A stretch of 63,664 nucleotides of DNA, the filler included, from Malassezia furfur (lineage: Eukaryota), in assembly GCA_052055015.1 (NCBI GenBank). It is 19 parts of 19 records of this genome, joined end to end, with 100 filler letters (N's around TTAATTAATTAA, not from the genome) between each part and the next. Parts side by side here need not be neighbours in the genome. Positions count along the whole stretch, not along the records: positions 47,369 to 50,562 come from JBQJIT010000795.1; positions 50,663 to 53,846 come from JBQJIT010000796.1; positions 53,947 to 57,127 come from JBQJIT010000797.1; 16 more parts are not named here. One strand, given 5' to 3'. The position numbers and the translations under genes were made by a program. The notes under the pieces are model-generated. The model had not been told where the DNA came from and did not search any database. It worked only from the letters and a program-made list of their open reading frames with translations. Position 1 is the first letter of the stretch. Each line of letters starts with the position of its first letter. This document shows positions 47,369 through 57,227 of the stretch, one piece after another.

Positions 47369-48056
47369 CAAACGACGGCGGCGGCGTGCCGAGCCGGCGG
47401 AAGCGGCGGACGTGCCACTGCACGACCCGGCTCGCCTCGCCAACGGCGTTTACGCGCAGCAGCGCACGCACCGCCTGCGTCGTCTCGTGCGGTGCTGCGT
47501 CGGGCATCCATCGGCGCACCGCGCGCCAGGCGGGCGCAAACGCACACGGCTCGCCGAGCACACGCAGCAGCAGGGCGCGGTGCCGCGCACACAGCGGCGT
47601 GTGTGGCGCGAGGCGCACAAGCACGTCGAGCAGCTCGCCGGCACGCTGGGCGTCGCCGTCGCGCACGAGGCGCCGAATGCACGCAAAGAACATGGCATGC
47701 AGCTCGCGGTACACGGGTGCGTCGGGCGCGGGACGGCTGCGCACGAGCTCGTGCGCAAGCGCATCGACCGCGGCATCCAGGGACGCCGCATTTTCAAGAG
47801 AAGGGTGATGAAGGGCTGCGCGTACGGCGCCGAGCCGGGCGGGCGCACGCGAGCTTTCCGGGTGGGTGTCGGTGTGGTTGCGCGCTGCGCGCACGGCGTC
47901 GAGCCGTGCGGTCGCAGGCGCGGATGCGGTTGTATGGGGGCGCGCAGGGGCGCGCGCCGGCGCACGCGGCGCGGCGACGCGCAGCGCAGCTGGGTAGGCG
48001 TGTTTGCTAGGCGCATAGGACCACGGCGGACGTGATAATAGCGGAGTTCCGCGCAT
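47369..48056 (-). CDS. Hypothetical helical protein with an Arg/Ala-rich presequence-like start, 3'-partial
   Basis: ORF open to the contig end with amphipathic helices. The start and mitochondrial targeting are uncertain. Confidence 0.45.
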
Positions 48057-48269
48057 CGGCCATGCTCCGCAGCGCGCCACTCCTCACGCACTGCCAATCC
48101 CGCCGCGGCGCTTGACGAGGCTCCGCACTCAGAGGGACCGGCGTGCACCTGCGCGCGGCGCTCCTTCGTCTTCGGACGGACGGCCGCCGCCGCACTCTGC
48201 AGCGTGCATTAGTCATCGCGCCGGCACGTTACCGCCCTAGTAGGCCCAAGTTGCGCGCGCGTGCTGCGG

Positions 48270-48540
48270 CAGGCGCTTCGTCTTCTGCCTTCATGTACGT
48301 TGCCCAGGGGGTCGCGGGATGACCACTTGCCAATCGGCTCGAGCTCTTCGGAGCAAAGACTCTGTGCAGCCAAAAATGTCATAGTTACTCTGACACGACC
48401 CCCGCCCACACACGGACAGGACTAACCACAGCCCTCCAGCGCTGGCACCCTCTGCCGCATCGTCCATAGGCCGTACGCACAGCAGCCCCCGCGGCCGCTG
48501 TCACGGCTCATGCACGCAGCCACTATACCCCTGACTTGGT
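48270..48540 (+). ncRNA. Putative non-coding snoRNA host transcript (boundaries approximate)
   Basis: GTACGT donor at 48295, GACTAAC branch site and CACAG acceptor at 48431; no convincing spliced ORF. Confidence 0.55.
48307..48403 (+). ncRNA. snR63: Intronic box C/D snoRNA, snR63/SNORD46(U46)-like
   Basis: Terminal stem GGGGGTCG/CGACCCCC; box C-like GGGATGA at 48316-48322; box D CTGA at 48390-48393; 12-nt guide GTCATAGTTACT complementary to LSU rRNA AGUAACUAUGAC; lies within intron 48295-48431. Confidence 0.88.
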
Positions 48541-48555
48541 CCACCCTACTATACC

Positions 48556-49912
48556 CTACGGCGCCAGCTCGAGGAACGCACGCGCAACGAGGAGCCGGTC
48601 GTCGGTCGACAGCGCAAGCGGCGTGCCGGCCGCGACGTACAGCACGACGCCGGGGCGCAGTGCGTGCGTCTTGCCGTCCGCATGCAACGTCCCGCTGCCC
48701 TCGTACGCCAACACGATCGAGGGGCCCTGCACCCCGCGCTGCTCGCTGCACTTCGCGTCCTTCTCGAGGATGGTGACCAGCACCGAGAACTCGTCGATCG
48801 GCGGGTCGTACAGCAGCGACGGATTCGGCTGCGCCGAGTCCCCGTCCCACTTTTCGGCACGCAGCAGCTGGTCGACGGCACGCGCACTTTGGTAGGTGAG
48901 CATGTCCACGAGCACGTCGACGTCGCGCGCCTTGGGCGTCAGACCGGCGCGCACGACGTTGTCCGACGCCGCCATACACTCGAGGATCTGGCCCGAGAGG
49001 TAGGCGTGCGGCTCGTCGGCGCCGAGGAACAGCGCCTGACCCTGCTCGAGGTGCACGACGTTCAGAAAGTAGGTACACAGCACGCCAATGTCTTTGGGGT
49101 ATTGCGTGTTGAGGCGCACCACGAGCCGCGCAACGTCGTCGCTCACCTCGAGCGCCTCGCCGTGGTCCAGCGCGGCCTGGTAGCGCTCCGCGAGCTGCGT
49201 GACCACCCGCTCGTACGTGTCGGTCTGGCAGTGCATCAGCGCGGCAAACGCGTGCTTCAGTGCGTCGTGCACGCGCGGCTCATTGCCCGACTGCCCCGCG
49301 TCCCACTGCGCGTCCTGGACGTGTGCGGCGTCGTCGAGCTCGGCCTGCAGCGCATCGTCGGCGCCCATCGCCTCGCGCAGCTCCGGCACGCTGTGCACAA
49401 ACTGCGCGATTTCGCGGACGGGCCGGAAGCCACAGAAGCCCTCAAAGGTGTTGATCGCGATGGCCATCTCGGGCTTGTGGTTCGCGTCCTTGTACATGTC
49501 GGGCTTCTCGGCATGCAGGCGCTCGGCCAGCTTCTTGTCGGGATGCGCCTGGATGCTGAGCGCCTTGGCGATGCTCAGCACCTTGAACAGGAACGGCAGG
49601 GCGCCGTCTTCGGGCACGCCGTACTTGTCGACGACCGCCGAACCGATCAGCTGCGGGTCCTTGCGCAGCTCATCGTTCAGCAGCGGGTGTTTGTCGTCGC
49701 TGCACACCACACGCAACGGCAGCGTCGGGTGCGTGCCCATCCACAGCTGCGTCAGTGGCGCGACGTACCTCGGCGTACGGCTTGTCGGCCTTGCGCTCGA
49801 ACTGCAGCTGGCACGTCGCCTCTGCAAGGTCCGCACAGATGCTATTCTTGTCGCCGCCTGGCACGCCCCAGTCGTACGACTGCACGCCCGGAATCAGCTG
49901 GAATACGGTCAT
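48556..49912 (-). CDS. PMI40: Mannose-6-phosphate isomerase, class I
   Basis: QSYDWG, PYAE|LWMGTHP (22-nt intron 49747-49768), LSIQAHPDK, YKDANHKPEM, HAYLSG and MAASDNVVRAG. Confidence 0.96.
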
Positions 49913-50004
49913 GGACGCTATCAAGCAACGTTGCACCGAGCGCACACCTTCGCAGCATCTGCAGCCCCTCCACACACGTGCAGCAATGGTTTACCCTGCT
50001 CCCT

Positions 50005-50562
50005 CTATGCACCGTACGGCCCTCGTCCGCGGCCGCCACGCGCGGGGGGGCCGCCGTACGGCCCGGACGATGCATTCTGGTTGTAGTATGCACCGTACCC
50101 GCCACCGTACGGCCCTTGTGACGCGCCCTGCGCGCCGTACGCACCGCCATAGCTGCCGTATGGCCCGGCGCCATAGCTGCCGTAGCCACCCGCGCCGTAC
50201 GGCCCTGCACCGCCGCCGCCGTAGCCCCCATACGCGCGGCTGTACGCCGTTGCACCGTAGGGCCCAGCACCATACGGCCCAGCACCATACGGTCCCGCGC
50301 CGTACGGCCCGCTCGGCGCCGCCTGGCCGTAGGCGCCGCCACCGTAGGGCCCGGCGCCATAGGGTCCGGCGCCATACGGCCCAGCACCATACGGCCCCGC
50401 ACTCCGGCCGTACGCATTCGCGCCCGTCGCATAGCCGCCGCCGTCGTAGCTGCCGTACGGGCCATGTGCATAATCCGGCTGCGCGTTGCGGCCGTACATG
50501 GCCTGCCCCCACGCCTCGCGGTCCCTGCCGCGCCCGCCACGTCCGCCGCCGCGGGGGCCGCC
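50005..50562 (-). CDS. Gly/Tyr-rich low-complexity C-terminus ((GPYGA)n, RGG) of a probable RNA-binding protein
   Basis: Degenerate 15-bp repeats encoding GPYGA, RGG boxes, ending RGGRGRGPYGA*. Confidence 0.7.
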   Translation of the reverse strand, partial: GGPRGGGRGGRGRDREAWGQAMYGRNAQPDYAHGPYGSYDGGGYATGANAYGRSAGPYGAGPYGAGPYGAGPYGGGAYGQAAPSGPYGAGPYGAGPYGAGPYGATAYSRAYGGYGGGGAGPYGAGGYGSYGAGPYGSYGGAYGAQGASQGPYGGGYGAYYNQNASSGPYGGPPARGGRGRGPYGA

Positions 50563-50662
50563 NNNNNNNNNNNNNNNNNNNNNNNNNNNNNNNNNNNNNN
50601 NNNNNNTTAATTAATTAANNNNNNNNNNNNNNNNNNNNNNNNNNNNNNNNNNNNNNNNNNNN

Positions 50663-51085
50663 GCCGCGGCGCTCGACGACGCACACCCGGCGATCGCGTG
50701 CGTCGGCTGGGACGACGCGCGGGTCGTGGCGCGTGCGCACCTCGACGCATGGACGCTGCCGGCCGGCGACGACGACCACGGCGGCGCGCGATTCGTGCCG
50801 AGCGCGTGGCGCGACGTGCACGGCGCGGTCCGGCGCGACGTGTGGCTACAGCGTGCAGCGCTCGTGCACGCATGGTGCGTTGCGCGCGCGGGTGTGTCGC
50901 TCGCGCACCTCGTTGCGCAGCTTGCGCCAGCACTCGACCGGCGCGAGGTGGTCGAGGTGGTCGATGCGCTCGCCACGGCGGAGCTCGTGCGCGTGCGTGC
51001 GCCCGAGGCGTGGCGCGTGACGCGCGACGCGGACGTCGTGCTCGAAGGCGGTGCGGCGCCGTGGTGGTCTGTCCATCTCCCATAA
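50663..51085 (+). CDS. Probable TFIIIC B-block-binding subunit (Tfc3/Sfc3), C-terminal fragment
   Basis: VGWDDARVV...PSAWRDVHG...W...RAGVS...LDRREVVEVVDAL, a winged-helix-like pattern recalled from fungal Tfc3. Confidence 0.5.
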   Translation, partial: AAALDDAHPAIACVGWDDARVVARAHLDAWTLPAGDDDHGGARFVPSAWRDVHGAVRRDVWLQRAALVHAWCVARAGVSLAHLVAQLAPALDRREVVEVVDALATAELVRVRAPEAWRVTRDADVVLEGGAAPWWSVHLP

Positions 51086-51103
51086 CTGTTTGTACTGTAC
51101 AAC

Positions 51104-53104
51104 CTATAGTTCTTGTTTAGGCGGTGTCGGCGGCGCGTGCGGCGAGCCGAGCGCCGCGATGCTACTGCGCTTGCCCGCACCCGCGCGCTGGTCGAGCGCC
51201 GCGCGGAACACGCGGTAGCGCCCGTCGGTGCCGCGCAGCTCGGCGTGTGCGTCGCGGGGCGTATCGGGTGCCGAGCGGGGCGGCGACGCGGCGCGGGCTT
51301 CGACGCCAGTCGCGACGCTGTGGCGGTACGGCGTAAGGCTCACGCTGCGGCGGAGCAGCGACGAGGCGACCACCTCGGGCCGCGGCTCGGCCGCCGGGCT
51401 CGCAACCGGCGTGCTGCCGTGCGTGGCGCCGAGCGTGCTGCGCTCAAAGTGCATCAGCTCGGCCAAAAACCCAATGTTGGGCGAAATCTGCTCGCGCTGC
51501 GCCGCGACGTGCGCATACGCCTGGTGCAGCGTCCAGCGGTGCGCGTGGATCAGGTAGGCAATCACGATCATCGCCGAGCGCGACTTGCCCGCGCGGCAGT
51601 GCACGTACGTCGGGCACGAGTAGAGCCATGCGCGGTCGAGGAAATCGCACGCCTGCATGAGGCTCTGCTGCACGTGAGGCTGCTCGACGACGTCGCGCAG
51701 TGGGATGCGCAGGTATTTGGCAAAGTGCGTGCGCAGCGCCAACTCCTCGGTGTCGCTGTCGTCAATTTCGACCGCCGTGTTGAGCACTGCCTGTACGCCG
51801 AGTGCGCGCAGCGTCTCGACGTCGGCGGCACACGTGATGTCGTCGGCGGCACACGTGATGTTGGGGCCAAAGTAGAGAAACCCAGGAATCACGGTGGACA
51901 CGCCAAACTCGGCCTCTGCTGCGCGTGCGGTCAACGGCGTGCCGCACAGCGTGCCGCCACAGCGTGCCGAGAGCGGCGCCGTGGTTGGCGCGACGCTGGT
52001 CAGGTCGAGCGGGCGCAGCGAGTGCCGCGGTGCGGCACCCCCGGCGCGCGGCAACACTGGCTCACTCATGCGCGTATCGAGGCGCGGCAGCGATGGCCGG
52101 CTCCCGCGCCTCGCTTCGAGCGCCGCGTCGGGTAGCGACAGCGGCATGGGCTGCCGCGCACCCTGCGCGCCCGTCGGCACGTACGGAGGTGCGCTGCGGG
52201 GCGAGGCGAGCACCTCGGGCGTGGCTTGCGGATCGAGGTGCGCGGTCGTCGAAAAAAAGGCGGCGCTGCCCTCGGTCTGGCGCACGGCGTGCAGACCGCC
52301 ACGGACATAAAATAGTCCGCGGCGCTCGTCGAGGAGCAGTGCGTCGTTGTGCGCGAGCTCGGCGCGGGACTCCTGGAGCGCCTCGAGGAGCTGCAGGAGC
52401 ATACGTCCAGCGTAGCTCGAGCTGTCAGGGCGCTGAGCGGCGGCGGCGGGTGTCGCATCGCTCTCCTCAAAGAGCACGACGACGTCCATGAACCAATACA
52501 CGTCGAACAATGCGTCAAAGTGCGGGTGACGCACGACGTGCTCGCTAAGTTGTGCGTACCGTCGCGCGCGGACCTGCTCGAGGCGCTCAGCGCCTGCCGC
52601 GGTGTTGATATAGGCCGCCAACGAAAAGTCATGCGGCAGCGCAGCGGGGCTGCCGCCGAGCATGCGGCGCGTGCGGCGCAGGAGCAGCGTCGGTACCTGC
52701 AAATTGATCGAGCCACGAAGGTGGCCCGCGGTCACCGATGCGTCCGTGTCGCCGCCGGTGGGGTCGGTGTTGTAACCTGCAAAGATGTGCGAAGGGCGGG
52801 TATCCAGGATGAGTACGGGCGTGTCATCGTGCGCGACGAAACGCGGGATCGCCGCTGCGTCCGTGGGTGGCGCGCCGCGCGCCGTATGCGTGTGGCCTGT
52901 TGGCCTCGGGATCCAATCGGGTGCAGGTGCGGCGCCAGGCACGACCCACGGATCGGCGTGCTGGATGCGCTGCAGTAGCTCGCGGCCGGTGATCTCGCAC
53001 GCGACCCGATGCGACCCGCTGGCACCTGCGGGCGTAGCAACTAGGGGCTCCGACACGCCCAAGTGGGGAGTGAGTGCGCCTCGCGGCCGCAACGGGCCGT
53101 GCAT
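51104..53104 (-). CDS. Dual-specificity MAPK phosphatase (rhodanese plus DSP domains)
   Basis: LILDTRP...GHLRGSINLQVPTLLLRR; active site VHCRAGKSRSA; ISPNIGFLAEL. Confidence 0.9.
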   Translation of the reverse strand: MHGPLRPRGALTPHLGVSEPLVATPAGASGSHRVACEITGRELLQRIQHADPWVVPGAAPAPDWIPRPTGHTHTARGAPPTDAAAIPRFVAHDDTPVLILDTRPSHIFAGYNTDPTGGDTDASVTAGHLRGSINLQVPTLLLRRTRRMLGGSPAALPHDFSLAAYINTAAGAERLEQVRARRYAQLSEHVVRHPHFDALFDVYWFMDVVVLFEESDATPAAAAQRPDSSSYAGRMLLQLLEALQESRAELAHNDALLLDERRGLFYVRGGLHAVRQTEGSAAFFSTTAHLDPQATPEVLASPRSAPPYVPTGAQGARQPMPLSLPDAALEARRGSRPSLPRLDTRMSEPVLPRAGGAAPRHSLRPLDLTSVAPTTAPLSARCGGTLCGTPLTARAAEAEFGVSTVIPGFLYFGPNITCAADDITCAADVETLRALGVQAVLNTAVEIDDSDTEELALRTHFAKYLRIPLRDVVEQPHVQQSLMQACDFLDRAWLYSCPTYVHCRAGKSRSAMIVIAYLIHAHRWTLHQAYAHVAAQREQISPNIGFLAELMHFERSTLGATHGSTPVASPAAEPRPEVVASSLLRRSVSLTPYRHSVATGVEARAASPPRSAPDTPRDAHAELRGTDGRYRVFRAALDQRAGAGKRSSIAALGSPHAPPTPPKQEL
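51820..51861. repeat. Perfect 21-bp tandem duplication inside the DSP domain
   Basis: cgtcggcggcacacgtgatgt twice; protein ITCAADD-ITCAADV. Confidence 0.9.
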
Positions 53105-53397
53105 CGTTCTCCGCAAGGTGCCCAAACGCGTGCTCCGCCGACTGGGCGATCAAGGATTTCGCGTGCGCGCCGCCAGCGGCCCCCTGCCGCGGCCGACGCC
53201 GCCCTGCACCGCGTCGCGTGCTCGGCCGAAGGATCACGTGCCGGGAAGACGGCTGCATGCGGAACGCCACGAGCCGCTTCCATCGCCCTTGGACCGCACC
53301 GGGGTTGTAGTGTTGAGTACGACGACGCGCGTGCTTGGATCCACGAAAAGCAAACCTCTTACGCGCGAATTTCGTGTCACTTGTATATTTTCACGCC

Positions 53398-53846
53398 ATG
53401 TCGACACCGCAGAGTGGCGCCGCACCCCGTCGTGCGGCGAATCCGCGGCGTCGTGGTGGGCAGCGCAACCGCAGTAGCGCGAATGCCGCCGACGACACCG
53501 AGCAGGTGAAACTGCTCCGCTCAAAATACACGCACCAGCTCAGCGTGATTCAGGAGCTGTTCCCTGACTGGTCGGACGAGGATCTCTTGTTCGCGTTGCA
53601 AGAATCCAACGGCGACGTCGAACTGGCCGTCGGCCGCATCAGCGAGGGACATGCGTCGCAGTTCTCCTCGGTCAAGACCAAGAAACAGACGCGGAAGGAG
53701 GCTGCGGCCGCGCACGCCGCGGCGCCCGCTGCTCCGACGGCAGTGCCTGTTGCGTCTACCACGGCCGCCGCCCCTGCGAGCGTTGCTCCGACGCCGGCGG
53801 CGACTACCGACGCGGCGGCGTCGCGCGCACGCACGCGCAACGCCGA
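53398..53846 (+). CDS. DEF1: CUE-domain RNA polymerase II degradation factor Def1, N-terminal fragment
   Basis: ELFPDWSDEDLLFALQESNGDVELAVGRISEGHASQF..VK.KK. Confidence 0.8.
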
Positions 53847-53946
53847 NNNNNNNNNNNNNNNNNNNNNNNNNNNNNNNNNNNNNNNNNNNNTTAATTAATT
53901 AANNNNNNNNNNNNNNNNNNNNNNNNNNNNNNNNNNNNNNNNNNNN

Positions 53947-54658
53947 GCTTGTACTTGTTGTACTTGAACATCTCCAGCAGCTGCTCCTTGGTCAGCACGA
54001 GACGCTCAAACGGCTGCTTCTCCTTGACCGCCATAGTGACCAGTTTGTCCAGCGACGGGAAGTCTTCCTGGCGCACGACGCGGTCACCACTATCGCCCAT
54101 GCCCATCTCGTAGTAGAAGCCCTCGTCGGTGGGCGGACCGATGCACAGATGGCAGCCAAAGTGACGCTCGGCCGCCTCACCGAGAACGTGCGCGGACGAG
54201 TGCCAGAACACGCGGCGGCCCTCAGGCGACTCAAAGTCGAAGAACTCGAGTGTGGCATCACCCTCGAACGGGCGCTCCAGGTCCCAGAGCTCGCCGTTCA
54301 CCTTGGAGATGACGATGCGCTCGCTCAGGCTCTTGGAGATGTCGCGTGCAATGTCCATCGGCGACGTCTCCCACGAGGTGCCCTCGCGCACGGCACCATC
54401 TGGCATCGTCACCTTGATCGGCTTGCGCTCCTTTGCAGCGAGCGCAGCGTCGTGCTCAGCCTTGACCTTCTCGTAGAGGTCAATGCGGTTCTGGAAGTAG
54501 GCCGGCTTGGGCTCGAATTCGAGCGGCATGGCGCTCTCGTTGCCGCCCTTGTTCACCTTCTTGTTTGCCTTTGGCTGCTTCTCCTGCACATTCATCTTCT
54601 TCACGCCGTCGGCCAGCTCCTCTGGAGCCACCGGCTTCGCTGCCTGCTCGCTCGCCAT
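53947..54658 (-). CDS. THS1: Cytoplasmic threonyl-tRNA synthetase, N-terminal fragment
   Basis: TGS domain WETSP...VNGELWDLERP; FWHSSAHVLGEA; GPPTDEGFYYE. Confidence 0.95.
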
Positions 54659-54725
54659 GGTTCACGAAGAAGCGGCGGCATCAAAAACCCACGTGACTCC
54701 GTGGGCTCCGCCATATCTCCACACC

Positions 54726-55150
54726 ATGGCGAGCAGCGCCGCGAACCCGGTGCCGACGGGGACCGCGCCCGGCAAGCAGAAGTCCAAGGCGTATCTATCG
54801 TCGGTAGCGATCCAGAGCGATGCGACCAAGTACCGCCAGAAGTACAAGGAGCTCAAGCGCAAAGTTCGCGAGATTGAGAGCGTACGTCGATGCGTGCCAC
54901 TGACCCCAGGAAAATGACAAACTTCAAGCTACGACGCTCCGCATCAAGCGTAACATTCAGCGTCTCCAGCTGGAGCGCGCGTACGTACACCGCCTAACCC
55001 AGCATTCTCTACGAGCGGATCGAGTCAGAAATGCGCTCGCTTCCGATCCACGAGCCGCACGCGCCGGTCGAGGCGGCGGCCACATCGGTGCCGAAGACCG
55101 AGGATGAAGCGGAGACCGACATTGGTGTCGAGCTGGAGAACACCGTGTAG
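54726..55150 (+). CDS. Small INO80-complex coiled-coil subunit (Iec3/INO80E/TFPT-like)
   Basis: Spliced KYRQKYKELKRKVREIES|ENDKL...IQRLQLERA|ILYERI; introns 54882-54909 and 54981-55002. Confidence 0.7.
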
Positions 55151-55324
55151 TATATACGTAGACATACCCTTTCTTCGTGGCCCATCCACGGCGCGCCCTG
55201 CTTGCGGCCAGCGGCCGCGCCCTGGCTTGGGGATATATGTGGAGCGCCGTACCTACCGGGCATTCCAGATTTGTTGGCTGTGGCCTCCGCTCCAGCATCG
55301 CCGGTCGTGGGGACGGACACGGGC

Positions 55325-57072
55325 ATGTCTGGTTTCCGACCTGGGGCGCAGCTCGCGCCTGATGCACAACAGCAGCTGTTGCAGCTATTACAGCAGCAAC
55401 AGCAACAGCAACAGCAACATCGACAGCAGCAGCAGCAACAGCAGCAGCAGACCCTGCAGATGCAGCAAGGCATGCCATCGTTCGCCAAGACCCAAGCCGA
55501 CTTTGGGAACGGAATGTCTGCCCAGCAGCTTCTGGCACTGCTGAACCAGAAGAATGTGCCGATGCAGCAGAACATGCAGACCCCCGCCTTCACTCCCAAC
55601 GTGATGATGCAGCAGCAACCGCAGCAGCCGCAATCGAGCATGGGTGCGGTGCCATCCATGAGCAGCCCCGCCATGCCCCGTGCGCCAGCGAACAACATGA
55701 ATGCCTTGCTGGCGGAAATGGCATCGAAAGCAAAGGCGGGTATGCTCACGCCGCAGCAGTTGATGCAGATTCGCAGCATCATCGAACAACAGCAGTCTGT
55801 GCAGCAGCCTTCGGCGCAGCCCAGCGTTGCGCCGAGCAATCCATATGCGAGCCTGATGCAGCCCATGCAACAGCAGTCGTCCATGATGCTGCCTTCCCAG
55901 GGGAGCACGCCGGTGCAGCAGCCTACGCACAATCCCGTGAGTGTCCAGGACAATCTGCAGCCCAAGCAGATGAACGTGATGCAGAGCATGCAGTTCGCGC
56001 GCACCGTTCAACAGAGGATCCACGATATCGAGCAGAAGCTCGCGACCGTCATCCCGGATACTGAACGACAGACTCTGCAACGCGCGCACCAGGAGCTGAC
56101 CCGCGTACAGGCCGCGCTGGTCCAGAAGCTGGCGGCGCAGCGCAGCAATGTGGTGCCGTCAACGACGAATTCGCCGCGCATGAGTATGGCGCCGCAGCCT
56201 ACGGAGCCGAGCCAAAGTATACCCACATTTAACGGCGGCATGAACTATGGTAACCCTGCCCCGAGCAACCCGCTGCTGAACCTCGGCCAGATGGGATCCA
56301 ATACGCCAACAGTGAATGCACAGACGTTCAGTCCCGCACTGGGAGTCCAGCAGCCCATGCAGCAGGCCACACAGAAGCCCGCGACGCCGACACCCCCTGT
56401 CCTATCGCCGACGCCGGAGCAATTCAAGCGCGCCCTGACCGATCTGATGAACCGGCATCGGAAGCCGTTCCAGGGCAACCCTGTCATGGATGGGCGCGAG
56501 ATTGATCTCTACCACCTTTTTACTGTGGTACAGGCGCTGGGTGGGAGCAAGACCGTAACACAAAAAGGCACCTGGGCATCGGTCGCTGTGTCGTTGGGTC
56601 TGGCTCCGTCCAAGTCTCCCCAGCTGGGGATCGCTGCACAAAACATTGCACAGGTTTATCGCTCCTTCCTGGAATTGTTTGAGGGGGTGTGGAACCGTGC
56701 GATGCTTCACCAGATGTCAATGAATGGCCAGCGTCCTCCCGAGAACCAGATACCCAATGCATCGCGGTCTCAGGCCGATGTGCTGACACAGACGCTGCAG
56801 AACAGCGCGTTCTCCGGTACGGCGGTACGGCCCAACTTCCCTGCTACCCAGGGACAGCCGTCACATACCCCTCTCGCACAGGCGTCTAAGCCCGAGACGT
56901 CGACGGCCTTCCGCCGTGATTTCCCCATTACGAACGAGCAACTGGCGCAGCTGAACCTCAAGCCGGAACATCTTGCGCAACTACTCCAGCAGCGGCAGCA
57001 GCCCTCTACAGCTTCAGCGCTCCCCATGTCGGCTAGCACGTCCAATGACACCAAGCAAAACTTGACGCTGCT

Positions 57073-57127
<55 letters not shown>
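55325..57127 (+). CDS. SWI1: Gln-rich ARID-domain chromatin protein (SWI/SNF Swi1-like), 3'-partial
   Basis: Poly-Q N-terminus; ARID IDLYHLFTVVQALGG..VT...W..VA..LG...Y..FL..FE. Confidence 0.7.
57074..57127 (+). repeat. (CAG)18 or longer microsatellite at a contig break
   Basis: Pure CAG run truncated by the linker. Confidence 0.95.
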
Positions 57128-57227
57128 NNNNNNNNNNNNNNNNNNNNNNNNNNNNNNNNNNNNNNNNNNNNTTAATTAATTAANNNNNNNNNNNNNNNNN
57201 NNNNNNNNNNNNNNNNNNNNNNNNNNN

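Noticed and set aside
48060..48555. Telomerase, RNase P or MRP RNA in the structured intergenic region
   Set aside because: No convincing template or P4 motifs; the rRNA-complementary guide with C/D boxes explains the signal.
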